From Lingula anatina (Eukaryota; Animalia; Brachiopoda), in the NCBI GenBank assembly GCA_051362555.1, contig CM120644.1, positions 19,924,534-19,988,533 on the forward strand: a stretch of DNA of 64,000 bases, in the 5' to 3' direction. Shown here one piece after another: positions 1-11,947 of this stretch; within the stretch, counting starts at the first letter, position 1, and each line of letters starts with the position of its first letter. The position numbers and the translations under genes were made by a program. The notes under the pieces were generated by a model, which saw only the letters and a program-made list of their open reading frames with translations, was not told the origin of the DNA and made no database searches.

Positions 1-1077
1 CTGTTTGACATAATGTGCCTCTTAAAAACTGAAAGTTCACTTACTTATGATGCCATCAAAACAAGGAAACAAACAAAAGAACTTCCTTGTGACTGTATAA
101 TGAATCTGTTCTTTTTTGAAATGCTGTCAAGTTTTCCTCATTTCTAAAGTATCCAGAGTGATTACATTTATTTAACAACAATGCAAAAAACAATAATAAT
201 AATAATAATAATAATAACCATTTATGTTTTTGATCTTCGTCTGAAGCAAGACATGATAAGATTTAGGAACCTTCTCCACCGAGATGGTTGACTGTTCTTG
301 GAAGCTGAAATATATGACACAATATTACTTACTAATATCATCATTCCTCTTCATCCTATGTGGGACATAAGGCCACACTTACTAATATGCAATAATATAT
401 AACCTTCAATAAGCAGTCATTGCACCATATTATTTTACGCTTGCAACTGTACTGAAAAAATTTACAATTAATAATCTCATAATTATTAAGAATAAACAAA
501 TTGGACAAGTAAAACTTGAATAAAGGCCATACTGTGTTTACTCATCAATGTGCAGCTGTAAGTGTGTGTGTGCATGCTTGATATCTTACCTCACTCCTTC
601 ACATCCTCTGTCGAAGTTGTTGTGTCTTTGATATTAACTGAAGAAAGACAGGAAAACAAATTAAACGTCCCATACATGTGCACAACAAGGATACAATGCA
701 TTATTTAACATAGTCAAAGAAAAGATTAAGATAACTGAACAATGAATTTTTACTCAGTGTTTGTGCGTAAGAGTCTCCACCCTAAAGTCCATCTGTGTGT
801 GTTAACATTTTTTAAGTGTCTTAAATGAATTCCTGTTAAATTGCCCTTACTGTCTTACCTTTTTCTTTGATGCCCTCAGCATCTGACACACTCTTTGTGT
901 CTTTTATATCAGCTGAAAAAAAAATGACATCAAATAAAATTTTAACATTCTATATTGTGCATGTTCAAATAGGATTCGGCATTACAATTTGTTGAGAACA
1001 TTCAAAAATTTAATTGACTTTAAAAATTATGCTAAAGATCAGACTTTGTTTAAGCGAGATGATTGTGGTGTGTATAA

Positions 1078-1110
<33 letters not shown>
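1078..1110. repeat. (TG)n microsatellite
   Basis: Direct TG run. Similar runs occur at ~1385-1402, ~7207-7235 (CA) and ~54017-54046. Confidence 0.9.
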
Positions 1111-1111
<1 letters not shown>

Positions 1112-1738
1112 ATGCATGTGTCATAAGTATATTAGAAGTCAAAACTATTTTACTGAGATTTCTGTCTTACCTATCTCCTCAATACTTAGGGCCTTAACAA
1201 CTGTTACATTGTTCTTGACTTTGTTATCATCTGAAAGAACAGAATTGATTGAATTTTAAAGACAATATTATGTATGTTCAATCTTTACACAGCAAAAGCA
1301 TTAATTTTTAAGTAGATGAAGTATCTTGTAAAGTCTGTCAAAGGCCAGACTTTGCTTGTGCAACATTTGTACAAGTACAGTACCTGTGTGTGTGTGTGTG
1401 TGTTTGTGCATATGTGTGTACATGTACAATCACATATCATCAGTGTAATAAATAGCTACTTATTCTATTGACCCTGCTGTCTTACCTCTCTCCTTCACGG
1501 CCTCCGTCACAGTTGTTGTGTCTTTAATATCAACTGAAGAAAAAAATGGAACACAAAGTTAACATTCCACACCTGTGCACAGCAAGGATTCAATACATTA
1601 TTTTACATAGTCAAAGACAAATTCAAAGATTTAGAATTAAGTGTTTGTCAGATTCAAGTGCGTTAAATGAATTCATCTTAAATTGCCCTTACTGTACTAC
1701 CTTTTTCTTTGATGTCCTCAGCATACGACACACTCTTT

Positions 1739-2284
1739 GAGCGCATTCTCAACGAATTAAGCCAGGCTTTACAAAGCCGGTGACCTAAAAATGGCGGACG
1801 TACATGAAAGAAAAACCGCCTAATCTTTTAATAGTCTCTCCGCCTCCCCACACGTCGTCCCTGCAGGGTACAGTAATTAAATCGCGTCTCCGTTCGCCTT
1901 GCGGAAGCTACCTGAGAAATATTAAGTGCGCGTGCTCATCAGTTAAACTCGTGGTGAAGAAAGCATGGCGGCTGAAGGCGATCGAAGGAAAAAAGCTATT
2001 CTGTTCTATTATCTTTGAAAACAGAGACGAAAAAGGAATAATTTGGCCCGTAGAGCAGCAATGAATTGACTATCTACGGAGATAATATCACCAGAGATAT
2101 TCACGGAAATATTAATTTTCAGAGCCGAGATTTAATTACTGTACCCCACAGGGACGACGTGTGGGGAGGCGCGTGAGAGGCGGAGAGACTATTAAAAGAT
2201 TAGGCGTTTTTTCTTTCATGTACGTCCGCCATTTTTAGGTCACCGGCTTTGTAAAGCCTGGCTTAATTCGTTGAGAATGCGCTC
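1739..2284. mobile_element. Foldback MITE (546 bp) with 3-bp TSD, PIF/Harbinger-like
   Basis: Near-perfect inverted arms of ~140 bp (GAGCGCATTCTCAACGAATTAAGCC...GGCTTAATTCGTTGAGAATGCGCTC). TTT duplicated at 1736-1738 and 2285-2287. The empty site is visible in the paralogous exon at 859-912. Confidence 0.85.
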
Positions 2285-2534
2285 TTTGTATCTTTGATAT
2301 GGGCTTAAGAAAAAAAATTATCAATCAAAACTTAACATTCTATATCTGTGCATGTTCAAATAGGACTGAGTATTGCAATTTGTTAAAGACACATTCAAAG
2401 ATTTAATTACTTAAAATTAAATAAATAATCTTCTTTAGTATGCTAAAGACCAGGTTTTGCTTGAGTAACATGCTTGCAGTGTGTAATGAAGGTGTGTGTA
2501 TGTGGGTTTGTTAGTGTATGTGTGGGTGCATGTA

Positions 2535-5500
2535 CGGTAAAGTGCCATGAATTTCGAACGGCTCTTGAATTTCGAACGATCTTAAAATCGGCCGTCTGGA
2601 GTTTTTTCTGGACCATGAATTTCGGCCAGTAAGCAATTTTGCGCGATCTTGATTTCGTGAATTTCATACACCTTAAAATCGGTCACCGGGCTATTCTCGC
2701 GCTTATAAAGATCTAACAGTCGGCAATATTGCCCTAGCGTACCTTTACCTGAGTACTACGTGTGCGGCCCAAGGTGCAAGATAACGATCGGTACAGTTAG
2801 TTTAGGACGCTAAACAACATCGTCATATCCATTCATTCAGATAACAGGAGAATCTATTAAGAGTTGTACTGTCGGGCTGTTGTTTCTTTACTGCAGTATT
2901 CGGTGTGAGATAGCGATCGGTAGTTTTGCTGAGGCGCACAATAGCATTGTTAACAGTAGATACTTCAGTAACAGAACAAAAGAGCAATATTAAGAGGTGC
3001 AAAAAAAATTACCATTATTGCTTTCTTGTCTCGCTCAGATCGTTCACGATCTCCCGCTGACGATCTTCCGCTAATGAAGTCACTTGAAATGTACAAATGA
3101 AATGAAAAATATTTTTAAAAATTATAAATTCCAATGGGGAGGGATGGAGGGTTAAAAACAATCGAGAACGCTCTCCGGCTGACGATCTTCCGCAAACGAA
3201 AGCCACTGAACGAGTATGAGCTTTCTCGTTTCACTCGGATTGCGACGCTGACGATACGAAAATTGCGTTCTCGTCTCACCCTTTAGCTTACGAAGTCTCT
3301 TTAACAAATATGAAAATTGCCTCCTGGTCTCTCTCGGATTGCGAACGATCCCTCGCTGAAAATTTGAAATTTTCCTTTTTGTCAATCAGCTTTGTCAGTT
3401 GCCGTGCGTATGAAGGTCCGGAAGGTGTCCCTTTTCACAAATTGGCCTGTAGTTTGCTTAGTGTTTTGTACTGCATGAAGGTCACTCTTGTCACTGCTGC
3501 ATACGGCGTGGAATGTGTATCTTAAAGTTCATAGAAACATTTTATTGTGTTTTGTAAGCTTTAGGAAGTAGTTTCGTCGTGACTGAATATCAGCGTACAC
3601 TACAAAGTAGTACCATTCATCTGTGACGCATCATAAAAGCTAGTAACGTCAAATTACTCTAAGAAAATTTCTTACAACGTCCAAGGCTGTCCCGACAAGC
3701 CAAGACGTCATTAAAAAAAAGTCGCAAGCCGTCTAGCCGTCTTTGAAAATATAGGCCGTCCGGTGATGTCAGCGGCGTGTCAAAATTCTTTGAAACTTTG
3801 CAGGAAAAATCAATCTTCCTTTGTTTCTCTGGCTCCTTGTTTAGCCCTATGATCAGATTTATCTAGTGCCCCCAGGTCTGCTGGAGCAGCTCTTTGAAAA
3901 TAACACACAGGTAGATTTTTATCTGAGATAAATATCGCGTTCGATACACTCAAGACAAAAGCTACCTGTGAGCTGAAGGGCGCTTTACCCTCTAATTAAG
4001 AGGTAAAGCAAGTTCCAGCTAGATGGATGATTAAGATCGGACTTCAGTTGATAAGGAGTATTGTTTACCTCAGTTCTGTGAAAGCAAACGAGAAGGGTGT
4101 CAGAACAATGGTGCATATATAAATTATACAGAGAATTTGTACATTCAGGTGACGTTAACTTATAATCGAAGGGGATTTTCGATAATATTCCTTGAAAAGT
4201 ACACTAGATTTATAGAGAATAATATCATGGTTGGCCAAAAAATTATATACGCACAGTGCATCCGTGCGTATGCCTGGTTACGCCCCTGTCGCAAACCAGC
4301 AAACCATATCCTGCTGACTACATGAAAATTGCCTTCTAGCATGGACAAAAAGTCCAAGCTTCTATGCTTGCTCGGATCGCTGACGATCTCTTGCTGACGA
4401 ATATAGTAACGAAGTCCCTTGAACTAGTGTGGAAATTGGCTTATTGTCGCGCTCAGATCGCTCACTATCTCCCATTGACGATCTTCCAGTCCCTTGAACG
4501 AATATAAAAACTGCCTTTTCGGTTTACTCTAGATTACCTATCTCTCGCGTTTGTTTGAAAATGGTTTCAATGACAAAACCTACACGCTTTTCAAATGCGT
4601 ACATTGACGCAACTATGCGCCAGGAAATCAGTTGCTGCTGCTGGTTAAGATTGGGTTGCCTGAGCGAAAGAAAAAAAAAACGGCCCTGCACCCCCCCCCC
4701 CACCCCCCACCCCCAAACCTAGTATATTTGATCGAAGACAACAATCAGCGGTCATCTTGGTCGCAGCGCACGACGGAGAGAGACCGTAATACACAGTTCG
4801 GCTGCCGTGGCGAAGGCTACCTGTGCGCCGCACATACCGATCTGCGGTCGTAGTGGCCTCCCCGCACGGAGGAGAGGCCGTAGTGCCGAGGCCGGCTTCT
4901 GCAGGGAAGGCTACGTATGCGTCGGAGACACCGACCCGCGAACGGCGAGATGAGGACGCATTCGCGCGTAAAGCTCCGCCCGACTTTAACGGTAAAGGCA
5001 ACGAACCTGGTCGCGGAAGACACTTATAAATCGCAGATGAAGGCTACCTGCACGTGCGCCATAGACACTGATCGGCTGTCGTCTCGGTTTCGGTGCACGG
5101 AAAGGAGCACCGGTAACACTCAGCTTCCATAGTAAAGGTTATCTGGCCGTGGCAGACGCTAATCGTCGGCCGTCTCTCCCTCCGTCCACTCCCGTTCTGA
5201 GCGCCAGGATCGTTTTTGAAAAACGACACTAGTTTCTGGCTGCCAGAATCGCTTTTGAAAAACGACACTACTGATAACGATGCTGTTTTGCGGCCCTAGA
5301 CAACAGTACCGCTCTATCTATGGGCCATACACAGTGATCGGGTGAAAGTACGTGTATACCTTTGGTCGCAATTACCGACACTCACACATCATACATAATG
5401 GTAACTCTAAATAGATCGTCGGGAGAAGATAACAGAAGGCCTAGCGACGAACAGACAACTTCCGGTCAAAATTGACAGAATTCCATGAAATTCGAACTTT

Positions 5501-5599
5501 CAGAAGTTCTGAGCACCTCCATTTCATGAATTTCGGCCAGAACGATCTTTTCCCAAATTTAATTATTTTCTACTGTTCGAAATTCATGGCACATTACCG
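2535..5599. mobile_element. Non-autonomous Tc1/mariner-type DNA transposon (~3.07 kb)
   Basis: TIR CGGTAAAGTGCCATGAATTTCGAAC / GTTCGAAATTCATGGCACATTACCG; TA TSD at 2533-2534 and 5600-5601; subterminal ATGAATTTCG repeats; CpG-rich interior; no transposase ORF recognised. Confidence 0.8.
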
Positions 5600-6040
5600 T
5601 ATGTTTCATAAATATATCAAAATTCATAATTATTTTACTGAGATTATCATTCCAGCATTACCTAGCTCCTCAATACTTAGGGTCTTAACAATTGCTACAT
5701 TGTTCTCTTCTTTGGTATCACCTGAAAGAAAAGAATGTGCTGATTTGATTGCATTCAGCGAGAGTTTCCATAGAGTTAGTGCATATTAGCTAGGTCTTCC
5801 AATTCATTGTGAACAGGCCCTGAAGGTCCAGACTTGCACCCTGAGAGTGAAGGTGTTGTTGTCATAAATAATTTTATTACATGATTCCCTGCTAGTAGAT
5901 TTAAAAATGCACCAAGTTGATTGCTAAACCTGCTGAATTATTGTCTTGAATAGAGCAATACAATTATATAATGCAATTCACTAACCACTGGTGTGGACTT
6001 CAGGCTCCTACATGTAGTTCCACTCTGGAATAAGATGTCA

Positions 6041-6425
6041 CATTTATTTGTCATTCACAAATTATAATATAGATTAAAATATAGTCTAAAATGTATTTGA
6101 CAGAATTAAAGGACCATTTCATCTTTTCTTTCCATTGGTTATATTTCATAGGATTATGAGATCAAGTAATCTTTTTTCCATACATAATACATGACAAAAT
6201 TAAAAGTTTAATTCACCTTTTATTCCCATTTATTTGTCATTCACAAATTATGATATAAATTATGATATAAATTAAAATGTATTTGGAAGAATGAAAGGAC
6301 CATTTCATTATTGCTTTCCATAGGTTATAATTTATAGGATTGTGAGATCAAATAACGTTTTATTTCCATATGTTATACATGACAGAATTGAAAGGTTAAT
6401 TCAAGTTAAATTTCCATTGGTTATT
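6041..6425. repeat. Tandem duplication, ~186-bp unit x2 (intronic)
   Basis: CATTTATTTGTCATTCACAAATTAT recurs at 6041 and ~6227, and the sequence that follows each copy is collinear. Confidence 0.75.
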
Positions 6426-8484
6426 TGGTTATATCAAATAGAATAATAAGATCAAGCACCTTTTATTTCCATGTCTAGTTCTCCCCAAGTACAGGTCACT
6501 TCCATGCTGTCCTTGGTGGTCGGTCACCTGGAGGCACCTGTTCCTAAAGGGTTCAGGCTCCCATGTCCAGCCAGACCCAGGGTGGTAAGGCTGAATGAAT
6601 GATGAATAAATAAATAAATAAATAACTTGATAATATGCTAATGTATAAAATGATAATATAATTTTATAAATATATACAATTACTAATAAATCAAATACTC
6701 CAGAAAAATGAATAAATAAATACTTAAACATGCCAGACTTTTCAATTTCAAAGAATATAATTTTACCTTAGATTATTACTTTTGTAAAAAGATATAATAC
6801 TTACATTTTGTGGCTTAATGAATTTCCATTCTATTTTTGAGCCCTTGGGCAGAAGAAACTCTGCCCTTAGAGACGGGACACCCATGCTGGTCGTCCTTGA
6901 CATGTTAATGCCACGCTGGGTGTCCCAGCCTCCAAGAGCAGTTCCCCTGCCCACCACTTTTGCTTTCAACAGATTTTCTGTCAGAATTATATTGACATTG
7001 GCCTTGGCTGTTCAAAATAAAAAGTAAAATAGAAAGAAAACCTATCAATATATCTTTTTGATATTTTCACTACAAACATTCAAATTGACCACTTAATTAA
7101 TGTAAATAAAGAATGGGTATCTTACTTTCATATTATGAAGAAATTAATTAGTTATTTTAGACCCACTGTAATAAAATGCCAGCCCATTTATCAAAACACA
7201 TACAGTCACACACACACACACACACACATACACACAACTTACAAACACACGGTTCTTTTTTGTTTATTTCAATCTCCATATCAGCTGTCATTAAAATATA
7301 TTATGTTAGCTGTTATTAAAATATATTAATAAATGAAATCTTAGTTAAACAAGGTACAAATCATAGATTTCTGTATCTTCATTTGATAGTTTTTGTAAAA
7401 AAAAAAAAAACATTTGCACCATTACAAGAATGATCATCAAAATGTTGTGTGACAAGAAATTTTAAAGGATGTGTGGGCTTACTATGTGGGCTATGGGGGC
7501 TTACTTTATACTTGATACAGGGTTTCAGTTTGGAATAAAAAATTAAACTTACCAGCGACTGTGTAGACATTGTCTATTTGCCAAATGTTTACAAAACAAT
7601 AAAAAATTATTGTATAAAGAAATTTCATTGGACGGCTCCTGTATTGTTTCCAGAACTTTCAACCAATCAGATTGACGCTTCGTTGAAGCTCATGACTTTG
7701 AGTCTATTTTTGCTAAATACACAATATATAACACAATGCCTGGACCCTGGTAATTTCTGTTGCAGTGCCAGAACCCTCTCCTCCTTCCAGGAGTTTCTAA
7801 GCAGGCGGTGAACCTGTTGCTGATACTGGCCGCAGTCCATTACAAATCCAAAGTCTCACCTCTTGCACAGCGCCATCTATACTAAACAATGTTTATAAAT
7901 ATGGCGTATCAGGCAAAGGGTGATACCGAAAAGCCGAATTTTCATCAAATGTTCTGTACACTAAGTGTCATCTTCCACCAGGACACTTTTCTAAGTTGGT
8001 TCTGTTATAGATTCTTTCGGCAAACTTAAACCGTGAGTTCAGGATGAGACATCTGAAGTGAAGGACACATGTGGTATTGACTGTGTCAGTTGTTCACTGT
8101 TCACATCACGATGCAATGTGCTTGTGAAGATTTTACAATGCGCTACAGAATGTTGACGTGCTTTTGGAGAACTGACAAGATTGCACACCGTCATTTACTT
8201 CAAGTTTTGCCATTCCCTTTTCATCTGTAGTTTTGCATTGGCTTATGAAGGTAAGATAATTAACTGGAGAACTGACGCTGTATCTGATTTATAAGTAGAC
8301 CTTTTTTCCCCTCAGCCTTGACTTACAACAACGCGTTATTTTGTAAGTTTTTATATTTATTTCTTCACAGTAAATATGATGTACACATGTAGAAAACTTA
8401 CTAAATTACTCTAAAATTCTGGATCTTAAGGAAAAGGCTCAGATCACTGTCATTTTTTGTCTTTTCCAGTCCATCATCTGACTC

Positions 8485-9896
8485 AAGACTACACTGTACT
8501 ACACTGTACTAGCAGGCAAAGGACTATACTGTCACAATGGAACACAGTGACTCCAGACCACTACACTGTACTTGGAGACACAGGACTATACTGCCACAAT
8601 GGAACACAATGACTCCAGACTACTACACTGTACTTGGAGACACAGGACTATACTGCCACAATGGAACACAATGACTCCAGACTACTACACTGTACTTGGA
8701 GACACAGGACTATACTGCCACAATGGAACACAGTGACTCCAGACTACTACACTGTACTTGGAGACACAGGACTATACTGCCACAATGGAACACAATGACT
8801 CCAGACTACTATATTGTACTAGGAGGCACAAGACTATACTGCCACAATGGAACACAATGACTCCAGACTACTACACTGCACTAGGAGGCACAAGACTATA
8901 CTGCCACAATGGAACACAATGACTTCAGACTAATATATTATACTAGGAGACACAGGACTATACTGCCTGAGTAGAGAACGTGAAATCAGATATTTCAGCC
9001 AGTGAACAAAATGCACAGTTCTCAACAAAAGAACAGCCAAAATCACCAGATTTAAGAAGATCTCAAAGAGCAAGGGAAATCCCTGAAAGATTCAAGGATT
9101 TTGTGTTATAGAAGTGTTTAGTTAGCTACCAAGTGGTAAAGACTTGGTTTAGAGAGTGATGTACTGGCAACCTCTCCTGTCTTGTAGGACTTAATTTTTA
9201 TTTCTTTCTCAAAGTAATTCAAACTGTGACAGTGAACACTAAGATCTCAAAATACAGTAAAGGACTTAAATCATTTGTTTTTAGAGACATTGATTTTGTT
9301 AGGACAACATTTAAAGTTTCAAGTTTGTATTTAAAAAAATCAGAGAGAGAGAAAGACAATAACACAGTGCTACAATTTAAGTGATTTTATTCAAGAATTG
9401 GTAACCAATGGATCAGTGACTGTTTATGTTTCACATTTTCAAAGACTTTTACATGTAAATCACAAAGAGAATTTTGTGAGAGACTGTCAGACACTGCACA
9501 TATATGATTATTATTTTCAATTTACTTTTCAACCCCAGGTAAAAGTAATTCAAGGGGGGGAAGGATGTAATGTAGTAGTTTGACTTTATGTGTGTGTTAC
9601 ATCTTATATGTAGATCTTACGTCATCTGTTTTACACTTGAGTTAGTATAAACGGAATAAAGAACACATGGTCTCTCAAACCACCAGCTACTCTAGTCACT
9701 TTATTATAACTACTACACTGTACTAGGAGGCACAGAACTATATTTCCACGATGGAACACAAATGACTCCAGACTACTACACTGTACTAGGAGGCACAGGA
9801 CTATACTGCCACAATGGAGCACAATGACCCCAGACTACTACACTGCACTAGGAGACACAGGACTATACTGCCACAGTGGAACACAATGACTCCAGA
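8485..9896. repeat. 62-bp minisatellite (~8 copies at 8485-8966, ~3 copies at 9710-9896) split by an LTR fragment
   Basis: Unit CTCCAGACTACTACACTGTACTTGGAGACACAGGACTATACTGCCACAATGGAACACAATGA; period 62 (8551 to 8613). Confidence 0.9.
8967..9717 (+). mobile_element. 3' fragment of a Ty3/Gypsy LTR retrotransposon (pol C-terminus, PPT, short 3' LTR ~9566-9717)
   Basis: LRRSQRAREIPERFKDFVL* at ~9052-9111 is a typical Gypsy pol tail. The polypurine tract AAGGGGGGGAAGGA lies immediately before TGTAATG at 9566, and the LTR contains AATAAA. Confidence 0.75.
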
Positions 9897-10269
9897 ATAA
9901 TTTCCAATATGGTTATGTAAGATTTCATTTTCATTTTGAATGTTCCTACACAGATCACATTGTTTTCTGGATCTTTACATATTTCAGTAAAATTTTGTAT
10001 CTGTAATGCCGTTTAGTTACAGCCTTTCAGCAAGTTTTTCATCTTTTACAGTACCGGATGATATACAAATGATATACAAAATAGGTTAATTTATTAATTG
10101 TAATACAATAATCAATATCAATACTACTCTCAGCAAGTTTGCTGTCATAAATCACCATGCTTCTCAATCTTGTGTCATTGGTATGCTTTATGTATATTTT
10201 TGATTGGTTCAATCTTTAATGTTGTCCATCCATGCTGTTTTAGGACTTTTTTCTCCATTTCCATTTAAC

Positions 10270-11908
10270 CCAGAAACCCATTGTAAGGAGTTATCTGCAT
10301 CTGGCACTGTTAATAAGAAGAAGACTCAACCTCAAATCATTATGTTTGCTGTTTTCTTTCAGAGTAAGAAATACATTGCAATATTAATATATTTGTTTTG
10401 GCTAAATGTCACTCTTCTTATGATGAATTTCCTATAGTATAAACTTGACATTTAAAGGATAACAGAGACAGCTGATCAGCTTATCACAGATTTTTTAAGC
10501 ATTATTTGTACAAATTTCAGAAATACTGGACCAGATTTGACAAAATTATTAACATTTAACTATTTTGAATGATTCAATTTGCATGTCTATTCAATGTAAT
10601 TTTCATTGTTCCCAAAAATATAGTCCTTAAAAACACTTTTCATTAGACTTGGTCAACTAATCAGCTTATCACAGATTTTTATGGTTGTTAAGCATTTTTT
10701 GTACAAATTTCAGGCAGTGAAAGACAGCACCAAGGGCAGCACTATGTCTAATCCATGTGTACAATACATGATATTTGGCAAGATTTAGGACATTGTCAAA
10801 TCATCGTTTTAGAGTGAATGGACTTGCACTTAGTTGGTTTACCTCTTACCTGAAAAACAGAACACAAAGGGTTTCAATAGAGTCGGTTTTATCTCAGCCA
10901 GTTAACTTGGAGTACGGTGTCCCACAAGGGTCTGTTTTAGGTCCGATCCTATTCTCATTATACATGTTACCTGTAGAAGATATCATACTAAAGCATGGTC
11001 TGAACACTGTTATTTTTGCAGATGACACACAAGTATATATTACATGCAAGAGCAGCCAGTCTGCAACAATCACTTCTATGGAGACTTGTCTTGCAGAGAT
11101 TCGAGAATGGATGAAAGTGAACATGTTGGCTTTAAATGATAGTAAGACTGAGTTGATATGGTTTACATCAAGGTTCAAGGCAAATAGAAAAAATGTAGCA
11201 AATGCCAACATTTGCATAGGAGATGTTCTTATAAAACCATCTAGTTCTGTAAAAGATCTGGGAGTTACCCTCGATGAAAATGGCACTATGGGCAAGCGTG
11301 TATCTGAAGTGTGTAAATCAGCATCTTATGCACTATGGCGCATTGGAAAAATAAGGAAAGTGTTAGATAACAAAACCACTGAAAAATTAGTACATGCATT
11401 TATATCATCAAGATTAGATTACTGCAATAGTCTCCTCTTTGGTATTTGTGACTATCAGATTAAAAAGTTACAAGTTATTCAAAACTCAGCTGCAAGACTG
11501 GTTTGTCAAATTAAGTACAATAGTACACACCATATCACTCCCATTCTGAAAGAATTACACTGGCTGCCTGTGAAGCAGAGGATTGATTTTAAAGTACTCT
11601 GTATTATTTTTAAGGCGATCCATTCACAAGGACCATTATATTTATCTGATCTTATCTGTTTTAACTTACCACGGCGGTCCACACGTTTTAATACTGAGAA
11701 TGATTTTATTTTAGAACATTCTGTTTTAGAGAAGGGGTGCCTAAAAAGTTATGGAGATCGTGCTTTTATAATCTACGCCCCAAGAGTGTGGAATGGTCTA
11801 CCAAATTTTATTAGGAAAACAGAAGACTTTGACAATTTTAAATCTCTTTTAAAGACCCACTTTTTTAATTCTGTCTATATCTCTTAGATTTTGTTTTAAT
11901 ATATATAT

Positions 11909-11947
<39 letters not shown>

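Larger units (their letters stand above)
590..7007 (-). pseudogene. Decayed multi-exon gene: CBM20-like carbohydrate-binding domain (exons 6805-7007, 6460-6590) followed by phase-1 micro-exons (5662-5721, 1701-1738+2288-2303, 1486-1533, 1171-1230, 859-912, 590-637)
   Basis: GT-AG flanked exons with compatible phases translate to KVVGRGTALGGWDTQRGINM...LPKGSKIEWKFI|...WTWEPEPFRNR, which fits the CBM20 pattern vvG..LG.W...LP.g..E.Kf..WE...NR. Lesions: a 4-bp GACC duplication frameshift at ~6517-6526, a MITE inside one micro-exon, and an in-frame TGA at 591-593. Confidence 0.65.

Noticed and set aside
4632-5268. GC-rich overlapping ORFs inside the Tc1/mariner-like element
   Set aside because: No transposase or other motif was recognised, and short ORFs in all frames are expected from the GC content.
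8485-8966. Regular repeats that might be taken for a CRISPR array
   Set aside because: These are head-to-tail 62-bp units with no unique spacers, in a eukaryotic context with no cas genes.
10775-10800. Listed start of the 370-aa RT ORF
   Set aside because: The TTG start lies in satellite sequence. The LINE is 5'-truncated at ~10801, so this is not a complete gene.
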